From Vicinamibacteria bacterium (GTDB lineage: Bacteria; Acidobacteriota; Vicinamibacteria; Marinacidobacterales; Marinacidobacteraceae), in assembly GCA_963668695.2 (NCBI GenBank), contig CAXXLQ010000004.1, positions 3,648,001 through 3,712,000 on the forward strand: DNA of 64,000 nucleotides, given 5' to 3'. A program made the translations under genes and the position numbers. Shown here piece after piece: positions 50,570-59,403 of the stretch. The first letter of the stretch is position 1. Every line of letters begins with the position of its first letter. A model generated the notes under the pieces. It saw only the letters and a list, made by a program, of their open reading frames with translations, made no database searches and was not told where the DNA came from.

Positions 50570-51721
50570 TCACGACAGACCCTTGATAACAGCCGTCACG
50601 ACCAGCAGAAAGAAAGAGATCGGGATCACGTACTTCCAGCAGATCCCCATCAGCTGATCCACGCGGAGGCGGGGCAAGGTCCAGCGGAGCCACATCTGAA
50701 CCACCACCAGCCCGAATCCCTTGAGGAAGAACAGCAGTGGGTTGGAGCCGAACGGGCCGATCCAACCGCCGAGAAAGAGCAGCGCCGCCAACATCGAAAC
50801 CAGCAGCATGTTTCCGTATTCGGCGAGAAAGAAGAACGCGAAACGCATCCCGCTGTACTCGGTATGGAATCCGGCCACCAGCTCCGATTCCGCTTCCGGG
50901 ATGTCGAAGGGCGTGCGGTTCGTCTCGGCGAGTCCGCAGATGAAGAACAGCACGAAGGCGATCAGATTCAGCGGGAAGAGCTGGAAGATCAGCCAGTCGC
51001 CGACGCCGAGGAAACCTCCCGCCTGGGCGGCCACGATGTCGGGGAGGTGGAGGCTACCGACCTGGGCTACGACCACCAGAACCAGGATCGCGGTCGGGAT
51101 CTCGTAGCTGACCATCTGGGCCGCGGCCCGCATGCCTCCGTAGAGCGCGTACTTGTTGTTCGAGCCCCAGCCGGCCATCAGCACCGCGAGCGCGCCCAGC
51201 GAAGTAATCGCGATGAAGTAGAGGACCCCGATGTTCAGGTTCGATACCGCGAGCACCACCCCGTCTTCGCGGACCCCCCAGGGAACGACCGTGAAGGCCG
51301 CGAACGCGCTCGCCACCGCGAGAACCGGAGCCAGCCCGAAGAGAACCCGGTCGGCGTCGCGGGGAACGAGGTCCTCCTTGAAGAGCAGCTTCAAGCCGTC
51401 GGCGAAGCTCTGGAGCAGCCCGTGCCACCCCACCCGCATGGGACCGAGCCGATCCTGGATGTGGGCCGCGACCTTCCGCTCGAGCCAGATCGAATAGATC
51501 GGGTTGAGCGCGAGGATGCCCACGAAACCCGCGGTGCCGAGAAGCACGACCACGAGGTGCTGCAGACCGGCCGGCACGAAATCCCCGACCAGTTCCGAAA
51601 CCATCGCGGCCAGCATCGGAAGCGCCGCGATCGTGCCGAGCACCACGAACACCAGCACGATCGGGATCAACGTGAGCGGCCCCATGAGCCGCATCTCGAT
51701 CTGGCGGAACCGGGTGATCAC
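50570..51721 (-). CDS. nuoH: NADH-quinone oxidoreductase subunit H
   Basis: [30 protein letters not shown]. Confidence 0.95.
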   Translation of the reverse strand: MITRFRQIEMRLMGPLTLIPIVLVFVVLGTIAALPMLAAMVSELVGDFVPAGLQHLVVVLLGTAGFVGILALNPIYSIWLERKVAAHIQDRLGPMRVGWHGLLQSFADGLKLLFKEDLVPRDADRVLFGLAPVLAVASAFAAFTVVPWGVREDGVVLAVSNLNIGVLYFIAITSLGALAVLMAGWGSNNKYALYGGMRAAAQMVSYEIPTAILVLVVVAQVGSLHLPDIVAAQAGGFLGVGDWLIFQLFPLNLIAFVLFFICGLAETNRTPFDIPEAESELVAGFHTEYSGMRFAFFFLAEYGNMLLVSMLAALLFLGGWIGPFGSNPLLFFLKGFGLVVVQMWLRWTLPRLRVDQLMGICWKYVIPISFFLLVVTAVIKGLS

Positions 51722-52935
51722 CGGTCGATCTCTCCGAGGACGATGTCCAGACTGCCGATGATCGCGATGATGTCGGCGATCATCTCGCCGCGGGTGATCT
51801 CGTGGAAGAGCCCCATCACGACGAAGCAGGGGGAGCGGCCCTTCACCCGGTAGGGGATGGGCTTCTTGTTTTCGGCAACGATGTAGAACGCGAGTTCGCC
51901 CCGGGGCGCCTCACTGCGGCAGTAGGCCTCCCCGGCCGCCGGCCGGATGAACCGCGGCACGTTCTCGTGGACGTCGCCCTCCGCAGGCAGCCGGTCGAGG
52001 GCCTGGCGCACGATCTTCACGCTCTCGTACATCTCCCGGACCCGCACGAAGTACCGGTCCCAGCAGGAACCGATGGGTCCGTGCTGGCCGGTTGCGGTGA
52101 TGACGTCGAAGTCGTATGCCTCATACCCCAGATAGGGGTCGTCCCGCCGGAGGTCCCAGGAGATCCCCGAGCCCCGGAGGTTCGGCCCCGAGAGGGCGTA
52201 GTCCCTCGCCATCTCGGGCGTGATGATGCCGACATCGGCGGTGCGGCGAATGAAGATCTTGTTGTGGCTGAGGAGGCTGTCCACCTCGTCGAGCACCGGG
52301 ACGAACTCATCGAGGAAGCGCCGGCTCTTGTCGATCCAGCCCTCGGGCAGATCGTGGGAAACGCCGCCAACCCAGTTGTAGTTGTAGAGCAGCCGGGCGC
52401 CGCAGAGCCATTCGAAAAGATCGAGGATCCGCTCGCGTTGCTGGAAGCAGAGCAGGAAGGGCGTGTAGGCGCCGATGTCCATCCCGTAGGTGCCCATCGC
52501 CAGCAGATGGCTCGCGATCCGCTGCAGTTCGGCGGTGATCACCCGGATCCCGGCGACCCGCTCCCCTACCCCGATGCCAATCAGCTTCTCCACGGTGAGC
52601 GCGTAGGCCAGGCTGTTCGTCATCGAGCCGACGTAGTCCATCCGGTCGGTGAAGGGGATGACGCCCTGATAGTCGATGTTCTCGGCGTGCTTTTCGAAGT
52701 TGCGGTGGAGGTAGCCGATGTGCGGCCGCGCGTCCTTGACGATCTCGCCGTCGGTCTTCAGTTCTACTCGCAGCACCCCGTGTGTCGAGGGGTGTTGCGG
52801 CCCCATGTTGAGGATCATTTCGTCCTCTTCGAGGTCCTCGGGGGAGAAGGCGTAGGAGTTGTCCGGCGGCAGTTCCTGGTCGTAGAGGGTGACGAGCGGG
52901 GCCCCGTCGAAGGGAGAACGATGCTCTGCCATCAC
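51718..52935 (-). CDS. nuoD: NADH-quinone oxidoreductase subunit D
   Basis: NMGPQHPSTHGVLR, GYLHR, EAPRGE, GEIDR. Confidence 0.96.
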   Translation of the reverse strand: MMAEHRSPFDGAPLVTLYDQELPPDNSYAFSPEDLEEDEMILNMGPQHPSTHGVLRVELKTDGEIVKDARPHIGYLHRNFEKHAENIDYQGVIPFTDRMDYVGSMTNSLAYALTVEKLIGIGVGERVAGIRVITAELQRIASHLLAMGTYGMDIGAYTPFLLCFQQRERILDLFEWLCGARLLYNYNWVGGVSHDLPEGWIDKSRRFLDEFVPVLDEVDSLLSHNKIFIRRTADVGIITPEMARDYALSGPNLRGSGISWDLRRDDPYLGYEAYDFDVITATGQHGPIGSCWDRYFVRVREMYESVKIVRQALDRLPAEGDVHENVPRFIRPAAGEAYCRSEAPRGELAFYIVAENKKPIPYRVKGRSPCFVVMGLFHEITRGEMIADIIAIIGSLDIVLGEIDR

Positions 52936-52987
52936 GGGACCCGCTTCGGGAGTTTCACTGCCCTGTCGGGCAGCGATGCCGGCCTAG

Positions 52988-53202
52988 CAGCCTGTGGTGA
53001 AACCCAGGCGGCGTTCGAGCGGCGATGCATCCCGGCTGAACCGCCCCCCCACCGGGAGAACTGGCGCTTTGCGGCGCTCTGCGTTGCGTTTCGGTCGAAA
53101 TACACCAGGTATTCCTCCCTCACGCGCCTTGTCAGCCGGACCCCCACCGGGAGAACTGGGCCTCGCCGCTCTCGGCGCTCACCCGGGTTCCACCACAGGC
53201 TG
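52988..53202 (-). mobile_element. MITE copy L, inserted in the loop of a REP, with 2 micro-insertions
   Basis: GATGCCGGC-CTAG[element]CTAA-AGGCCGGCGTTCC; micro-insertions at 53046-53064 and 53141-53159. Confidence 0.92.
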
Positions 53203-53245
53203 CTAAAGGCCGGCGTTCCTACTTCGCTCATTGCGCCTGCGCCAC

Positions 53246-53797
53246 TCAGTCGAACGGGCCCACGCCCGTCATCTGACCGCCTTCGGCGCGGTCGGTCATC
53301 TGCCGCCCCGGCTTCACCGGGATCTTGTGCCAGGTCTCCGGCCACTCCCAGTCGCGGAGCAACGGGTGCCCGGGCCAGTCGGCCGGCAGCAGGATGCGCC
53401 GCAGGTCGCTGTGTCCATCGAAGCGGACACCGAAAAGGTCGTATGTCTCCCGCTCATGCCAGTTCGCGGCCTTCCACACCGTCTCCAGCGTGGGGAGACT
53501 CGCTCCCGCGCGTTCCACCCGGACCTTCAGCACGATCCAGTGCTTTTTCGTCAGCGAGGTGAGGTGATAGACCACCTCGATCGCCGGCGGATCGTCACCG
53601 GGCCAGTCCACACCCGAAACACAGTGGAGCGTGTCGAACTCGAGTTCCCCATCGCCCTTGAGAAACTCCGCGGCCCCCACCAGCTTGTCGCCGGCAAGGC
53701 GGATCCACGGATCTTTCGCTTCGGAATCGGACTCGAACGAACCCTCCGCGAGGCCAAGCTGAGCGACGAGCCGTTCGATGATCTCGGCACCGCTCAC
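53246..53797 (-). CDS. nuoC: NADH-quinone oxidoreductase subunit C
   Basis: [22 protein letters not shown]...W.GHPL. Confidence 0.95.
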   Translation of the reverse strand: MSGAEIIERLVAQLGLAEGSFESDSEAKDPWIRLAGDKLVGAAEFLKGDGELEFDTLHCVSGVDWPGDDPPAIEVVYHLTSLTKKHWIVLKVRVERAGASLPTLETVWKAANWHERETYDLFGVRFDGHSDLRRILLPADWPGHPLLRDWEWPETWHKIPVKPGRQMTDRAEGGQMTGVGPFD

Positions 53798-54345
53798 CCG
53801 GCCATCTCCGCGGGCTGGCGCCCGGACGCCGCCACCACTCGACCCTCGCGCGGGTCATCGAGGATCGACCTCTCCCGGATCCGGTCCTGGAGCGCCATGA
53901 TCCCGTAGAGCAGGGCCTCCGGCCGGGGCGGACAACCCGGCACGTAGACGTCCACCGGGATGATCTGGTCCACGCCCTTCACCACGTGATAGCCGTACTG
54001 CCAGTAGGGCCCGCCGTTGTTGGCGCAACTGCCCATCGAGATCACGTACTTGGGCTCCGGCATCTGGTCGTAAAGCGTCTTGATGCGGATCGCCATCTTG
54101 TGGGTGACGGTGCCGGCGACGATCATGCAATCGGACTGCCGGGGGGTCGCCCGCGGGATCAGTCCGAGGCGGTCCCAGTCGAACCGGCTCGCTCCGGTCG
54201 CCATCATCTCGATGGCGCAACAGGCGAGACCGAAGGTCATCGGCCAGATCGCCGACAGCCGCGCCCAGTTGACGACGGCGCTCACCGTGGTGAGCGCGAT
54301 GTTGTCCCTGCCCAGGCTCTTGCCGAGGGCGCCGATCAGATCCAC
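53794..54345 (-). CDS. nuoB: NADH-quinone oxidoreductase subunit B
   Basis: [24 protein letters not shown]. Confidence 0.96.
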   Translation of the reverse strand: MDLIGALGKSLGRDNIALTTVSAVVNWARLSAIWPMTFGLACCAIEMMATGASRFDWDRLGLIPRATPRQSDCMIVAGTVTHKMAIRIKTLYDQMPEPKYVISMGSCANNGGPYWQYGYHVVKGVDQIIPVDVYVPGCPPRPEALLYGIMALQDRIRERSILDDPREGRVVAASGRQPAEMAG

Positions 54346-54448
54346 ATCAACTCCCGGTGCGAGCTACTGGAAAAGCCTCGGAAGCCATCCGATCCGCGAG
54401 GTGACATCCGGTTCCCTGAGAGCGCCCCACCGATCAACGCCGCAACCT

Positions 54449-54877
54449 TCAGGCAGCCGCTTCCGAAGAGGAAGCTGTCTTCGCTACGGGACGGGCCTTG
54501 AGAGCGCGCCGATCCTCTTCCCGAACCCATTCGAGATCGCCCTTCACCCATACGTCCGCGAGCCCGAGGACGAGCATGCCGATGAAGATGAGCCCCGCGA
54601 TCAAGGCTCCGGGGCCGAGGTCAAGATAGACCAGCGCCCAGGGAAGCAGCATGACCGCTTCCACGTCGAAAATGAGAAACACCAGGGCGAAGACGTAGAA
54701 CCGGATGTTGAACTGGACGCCCCAGGGAGTCCCCACCGGATTCTCGCCGCACTCGTAGGGCTGCGACTTGCTGCTGAGCGGCAGCGAGGGGCGGACCAGC
54801 GACGAGGCGAAGAGGGTGACGGTCACGAAGAGCACGCCAACTACGATCGCAACCAGTGGTCCCAGGTATTCGCCCAT
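54449..54877 (-). CDS. nuoA: NADH-quinone oxidoreductase subunit A
   Basis: YECGE, FLIFDVE, KGDLEW. Confidence 0.95.
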   Translation of the reverse strand: MGEYLGPLVAIVVGVLFVTVTLFASSLVRPSLPLSSKSQPYECGENPVGTPWGVQFNIRFYVFALVFLIFDVEAVMLLPWALVYLDLGPGALIAGLIFIGMLVLGLADVWVKGDLEWVREEDRRALKARPVAKTASSSEAAA

Positions 54878-55018
54878 CGAAATTCTAAGAACCGCCGCCT
54901 CGGCAACCCGGGCCGCGGAACGCACAGAATTCTATCGGGCGGCCCGACAATGGTAAAGAGCAAACGTCCGGGAAGACACCTCCCGAGAAGCCTGCCGTCC
55001 CCGCCCTCGCCTGCCGCC

Positions 55019-55732
55019 GTGATCTCGATCGTAATCCCGACACTCGACTCCGCAAGAACCGTGGGCGACGCCGTCCGCTCGGCTCCCCGGGGCGCGGAGG
55101 TGATCGTGGTGGACGGGGGCAGCCGCGACGACACCGCGGGAGAGGCGGAGCGCGCCGGAGCGCGGGTCATGGTTTCGTCGCGGGGCCGCGCCACCCAGAT
55201 GAATGCCGGAGCCCGCGCCGCCGGCGGGGAGGTCCTGGTGTTCCTCCACGCCGACTGCCGGCTACCCGAGGACGGGGTCGGACAGATCCGGAGCGTGCTT
55301 GCCCGCCCCGGGGTTATCGGCGGCTGGTTTCCGCAGCGGATCGAGGCCGCCGGAGCTCTGCTCCGGCTGGGAGCCCGTGGGTCGAACGGGCGGGCGCGCT
55401 GGCTTCAGCTTCCGTACGGGGACCAGGCGATTTTCACCCGGCGGGACGTCTTCCAGCAGGTCGGGGAATTTCCCGAGGACCCGATCATGGAGGACGCCGG
55501 CCTCGCGCGCCGTCTGCGGGGCGTCGGCCGCCTCGAGCCGGCGGCATCCGCCGTGACCACCGGACCCGAGCACTGGCAGCGGCTGGGGCCGGTGCTGACC
55601 GCCCTCCTCGACTACCTGACGCTGGGTGCGTGGCTGATCGGTGTTCCTCCCGAGTGGATCGCACGGGTGTATTTCCCGCTCCAACGGGGGTCTAGGGGCC
55701 GGAGTCCCCATCGAACAAAACCGGATTCCTGA
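55019..55732 (+). CDS. GT2 glycosyltransferase (TIGR04283-like)
   Basis: ISIVIPTL, VVDGGSRD, GRA.QMNAGA, FLHAD, PYGDQ, MED. Confidence 0.88.
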   Translation: MISIVIPTLDSARTVGDAVRSAPRGAEVIVVDGGSRDDTAGEAERAGARVMVSSRGRATQMNAGARAAGGEVLVFLHADCRLPEDGVGQIRSVLARPGVIGGWFPQRIEAAGALLRLGARGSNGRARWLQLPYGDQAIFTRRDVFQQVGEFPEDPIMEDAGLARRLRGVGRLEPAASAVTTGPEHWQRLGPVLTALLDYLTLGAWLIGVPPEWIARVYFPLQRGSRGRSPHRTKPDS

Positions 55733-55793
55733 ATCGCGCCTGACGCCGGCTGCCTTTCGCACCGGCGGTTTCGGCCTGTCTATACTGGTAGAA

Positions 55794-56009
55794 CAGCCTA
55801 TGGTGAAACCCAGACGGCGTTCGGCCAGCGATCCATCCCGGCTGAACCGCGTCGCTTCGCTCCGCTCATCGTTGCGTTTCGGTCGCAATACACTCGGTAT
55901 TCCTCCCTCACGCGCCTTGTCAGCCGGACCCCCACCGGGAGAACTGGGCCTCGCCCCCACCGGGAGAACTGGCCGGCCTCGGCGCTCACCCGGGTTCCAC
56001 CACAGGCTG
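55794..56009 (-). mobile_element. MITE copy M with 2 micro-insertions
   Basis: Ends CAGCCTATGGTGAAACCC / GGGTTCCACCACAGGCTG-TTAA; micro-insertions at 55929-55947 and 55954-55972. Confidence 0.92.
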
Positions 56010-56017
56010 TTAAAGCG

Positions 56018-56368
56018 ATGAGGCATATCGGGTCGATGCACCGGAAACCGCTCGCCGCCGCGGTACTCGCCGTGGTACTGGCGTTCGCGGTCGTTTGCCC
56101 GCTGATGGCGGCGCCCGGAGTTCCGGCAGACCAGGGGTGCCACAGCAGTTCGGAGCCGGCTCCGGGCGAAGAACGCGCCAGCGTGTGCTGTTCCTCGGTC
56201 ACGGTTCCCAAGCTGCTTGCGCCCGGCCCGGGACTGGTGGCGGCTCTGCCCGCCTCCTTCGAGGCCGCGCCGGACATTCCGAGGTGGAACCACCAATCGG
56301 ATGGTCCCCTTCCCTTCCGGAAGCCGAAGCCGCCTCTCTTCGTCCAGCACGCCGCACTGCTGATCTGA
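56018..56368 (+). CDS. Small Cys/His-containing exported protein upstream of the cus operon
   Basis: Signal-like N-terminus, CH and CC motifs, Pro-rich C-terminus KPKPPLFVQHAALLI. Confidence 0.65.
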   Translation: MRHIGSMHRKPLAAAVLAVVLAFAVVCPLMAAPGVPADQGCHSSSEPAPGEERASVCCSSVTVPKLLAPGPGLVAALPASFEAAPDIPRWNHQSDGPLPFRKPKPPLFVQHAALLI

Positions 56369-56611
56369 GTTCCCGTCGTCCGAACGTTCGGTCCCGCTGA
56401 GCCGAGCGTCGCCGGAACGGGCCCACGCATCGCGCGCGGCGCCCCGTACCGCGCGGCCCCGGCCAGTTCTCCTGACGATCGGCGGCCTCCGCGTTGAAAA
56501 AGTAAACGCGGGGCGGTTCTCCGGGCGCATCGCAAGCCCGGCGACCCGTCAGAACTCCGTGCCGAAAGGCCCGATCTGACGCGCCCTCTGCTGGCGATAC
56601 CCCCACTCACC

Positions 56612-57937
56612 GTGCCTTTATCACGATCCCTCGCCGTAGCCGCTGTGCTGGCGGCGCGCCTGGCAGCCGCCGAAGGAGTCCAGCCGGATTCCCGGCCCGA
56701 TGCGTACGCCGCGGAACCGGACCTCCGAAGCTGCCTGGACAGCGCCATCGAGCACAACCCCGCCCTGCTGGCTTCCCAAGCCAGGTACCAGGCCGCACGG
56801 CAGCGCGTTCCCCAGGTAACTGCGCTGCCGGACCCGACGCTCAACGTCAGCCAGGCGCTCCGTAGCGTGGAAACGCGCGTCGGGTCCCAGACGGGCGGGA
56901 TCACCCTGACCCAGGCGCTTCCCTGGTTCGGCACTCGCGATCTCCGCGGCCGGGTCGCGGTCTCGGAGGCGGACGCCCAGTACCGCCTCCACCAGGCCGA
57001 GGAGCGCGAGGTCATCGCCCGCGTCAAACGGACTTTCTATGACATCGCGTACCTGGACGCCGTTCTTCGGCTCTCGGACGAGGAGCAGTTGCTGCTCGAC
57101 CACTACGAAACGCTGGCGAGTGCGCGCTATTCGACCGGCCAGGGTCTCCAGCACGCGGTCATCCGGCTGCAGGCGGAGCTGACGCGGGTCAGCGACCGCC
57201 AGTGGCAACTCGAGCGGCAGCGCCGGATCCTCGCCGTGAACCTGAACACGCTGTGTGGCCGGCCCCCGGACACCCCGGTACCTCCCGTCCCTTCGCTCGA
57301 GAGGCCCCCGGCGACCCTGGACCGGGAGCAACTCCTGGATCTGGGAGAGCGGTACCGGCAGGAACTCCTCGCGGCGGCGGCCCTCATCGAAGCCAGCGAA
57401 GAAGCCGTGGAGTTGGCCGGGATGAGCTTCCGGCCCCGCTTCACCGCGAGCTTGGCGGTGATGAACGTGGCCGGGCGTGATCCCCTCGGAGGTTTCGGGC
57501 CGCTTCCTCCGGACGAGGGCAAGAACTCGGTCAGCGTTTCCCTGGGCGTGTCGCTGCCGGTCTGGAAGGACAGCTACCGCGCCGGACTCGAAGAGGCCCG
57601 GTACCAGCTCACGGCGAATCGGCGCCGTCTCGAGGATGCGCAACAGAGCATGGCGAACACCGTGCACGAGACGCTGATCCGCATCGAAACGCTCGACGAA
57701 CAGATCGAGCTGCTGGACACCGTGCTGATTCCCCAGAGCGAAGAGGCGCTTCGCGCGACGGAGACCGCCTACGAGACAGTCCAGGTCGGCGTGTTGGATC
57801 TGCTCGACAGCGAGCGGGTCCAGCTCGACGTCCTGAAGATGCGCGCGCGTTACCTCTCCGATTTCCTCATCGCGCTGGCAGATCTCGAAAGGGGCATCGG
57901 CACCCGCGTTCCTCTCCGCGACCCGAGGACATCATGA
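56612..57937 (+). CDS. TolC/CusC-type outer-membrane efflux protein
   Basis: A..HNP.L, LPDP, Q.LPWFG, coiled-coil repeats; first gene of the RND operon. Confidence 0.88.
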   Translation: MPLSRSLAVAAVLAARLAAAEGVQPDSRPDAYAAEPDLRSCLDSAIEHNPALLASQARYQAARQRVPQVTALPDPTLNVSQALRSVETRVGSQTGGITLTQALPWFGTRDLRGRVAVSEADAQYRLHQAEEREVIARVKRTFYDIAYLDAVLRLSDEEQLLLDHYETLASARYSTGQGLQHAVIRLQAELTRVSDRQWQLERQRRILAVNLNTLCGRPPDTPVPPVPSLERPPATLDREQLLDLGERYRQELLAAAALIEASEEAVELAGMSFRPRFTASLAVMNVAGRDPLGGFGPLPPDEGKNSVSVSLGVSLPVWKDSYRAGLEEARYQLTANRRRLEDAQQSMANTVHETLIRIETLDEQIELLDTVLIPQSEEALRATETAYETVQVGVLDLLDSERVQLDVLKMRARYLSDFLIALADLERGIGTRVPLRDPRTS

Positions 57938-59397
57938 ATCGGGCTCTGGCAATCGGCGCCGGCAGCTTCCTCGCCGGGGTAGGGATCGCCGCTCTTTTGG
58001 TGTTCGGGCTTGGCGGCTGGGAGTGGCCGCCCCCCTTCCTGGCGGTCCAGGACGCCGGCGAAGGTGCCGGATCGGACGACCCGCCCGCAAAGGCTGAACG
58101 GGAGATCCTCTACTGGAGGGCCCCCATGGACCCGAACTTCATTTCGGACCGGCCGGGCAAATCCTCCATGGGCATGGATCTCGTCCCGGTGTACGCGGAC
58201 GAAGCAGAGAGCCAGCCGGAGGGCACGGTGCGCATCGACCCGACCTTCGTACAACGCATCGGGGTCCGGACGGCGGCCGTCGAGCGTCGCGACATCGCGC
58301 AGACCATCCACACCGTCGGCACCATTGCCCACAACGACAAGCAGATCGCCTGGGTGAACACCAAGATCGACGGCTGGATCGAGAACATTGCGGTGAACTA
58401 TCTCGGGGAGACGGTCGAGAAGGGCCAGGTTCTCTTCGACATCTACAGCCCGCAACTGGTCACCACCCAGACCGACTACCTCAACGCGGTGCGCTATGCC
58501 AAGCGGCTCGACGCCTCGCAGTACCCCGACGTCGCCGCCAGGGCGCAGTCGCTGGTCGCATCGGCACGCGCCCGGCTCCGCCACTGGGACATCACAGACG
58601 AACAGATCGAAACGCTCGAGCGGGAGGAGACGCCGCGGCGCACGCTCTCGGTGGTCTCCCCGGTAGCCGGGGTGGTCGTCCAAAAGATGGACGCGGCGCT
58701 GGACGGCATGTACGTCCGGCCGGGAATGAATCTCTACAAGCTGGCGGACCTGACCACCATCTGGGTGGACGTCGAGATCTTCGAGCACCAGGTGGAAGCC
58801 ATGCGGATCGGCCAGCGGGCCGAGGTGGAGCTGCCCTACGTGCCGGGACGGCCCTACACGGGATTCGTCCGCTACCTCTACCCGCATTTCAACCAGGAAA
58901 CCCGCACGATGACGGTGTCCATCGAGCTCGCGAATCCGGACCTGACCTTGCGCGCGGGGATGTACGCGAACGTCACCTTCGATGTCCCGGTGGCCGGGAA
59001 CGCCCTCGCCGTGCCCGAAGAAGCGGTGATCCGGAGCGGCACCCGGAACCTCGTCGTCCTCGAGCTTTCACCGGGCCTGTTTCGCGTAGCGGAGGTCACG
59101 CTCGGAGCGGGAGCCGACGGGTTCCGGGAGGTGCGCGAGGGGATCTCCGAGGGAGACAAGGTCGTGGTCTCGGCGCAGTTCCTGATCGATTCCGAGAGCA
59201 ACCTCACCCAGGCGATCAGGGCTCTTACGCGGGAATCCGAAGCGCGGGAATCCGAAGCGCGGGAATCCGAAGCGCGGGAATCCGAAGCGCCGGAACCCGA
59301 AGCGCCGGAACCCGAAGCGCGGGAATCCGAAGCGCGGGAATCCGAAGCGCCGGAACCCGAAGCGCCAACCCACGACCTGTCGCATCAGCACCACTGA
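57934..59397 (+). CDS. cusB: CusB-type periplasmic adaptor of heavy-metal RND efflux
   Basis: YWRAPMDP...[25 protein letters not shown]; repeat tail ending in HQHH. Confidence 0.9.
   Translation: MNRALAIGAGSFLAGVGIAALLVFGLGGWEWPPPFLAVQDAGEGAGSDDPPAKAEREILYWRAPMDPNFISDRPGKSSMGMDLVPVYADEAESQPEGTVRIDPTFVQRIGVRTAAVERRDIAQTIHTVGTIAHNDKQIAWVNTKIDGWIENIAVNYLGETVEKGQVLFDIYSPQLVTTQTDYLNAVRYAKRLDASQYPDVAARAQSLVASARARLRHWDITDEQIETLEREETPRRTLSVVSPVAGVVVQKMDAALDGMYVRPGMNLYKLADLTTIWVDVEIFEHQVEAMRIGQRAEVELPYVPGRPYTGFVRYLYPHFNQETRTMTVSIELANPDLTLRAGMYANVTFDVPVAGNALAVPEEAVIRSGTRNLVVLELSPGLFRVAEVTLGAGADGFREVREGISEGDKVVVSAQFLIDSESNLTQAIRALTRESEARESEARESEARESEAPEPEAPEPEARESEARESEAPEPEAPTHDLSHQHH
59230..59364 (+). 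repeat. In-frame 15-bp VNTR, 9 units ([10 protein letters not shown])
   Basis: CGGGAATCCGAAGCG x4, CCGGAACCCGAAGCG x2, then x2 and x1. Confidence 0.92.
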
Positions 59398-59403
59398 CCG
59401 CTC

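Noticed and set aside
54080-55018. N-terminal extension of the glycosyltransferase (550-aa ORF)
   Set aside because: It overlaps nuoA and nuoB antisense; GT2 similarity begins at GTG 55019.
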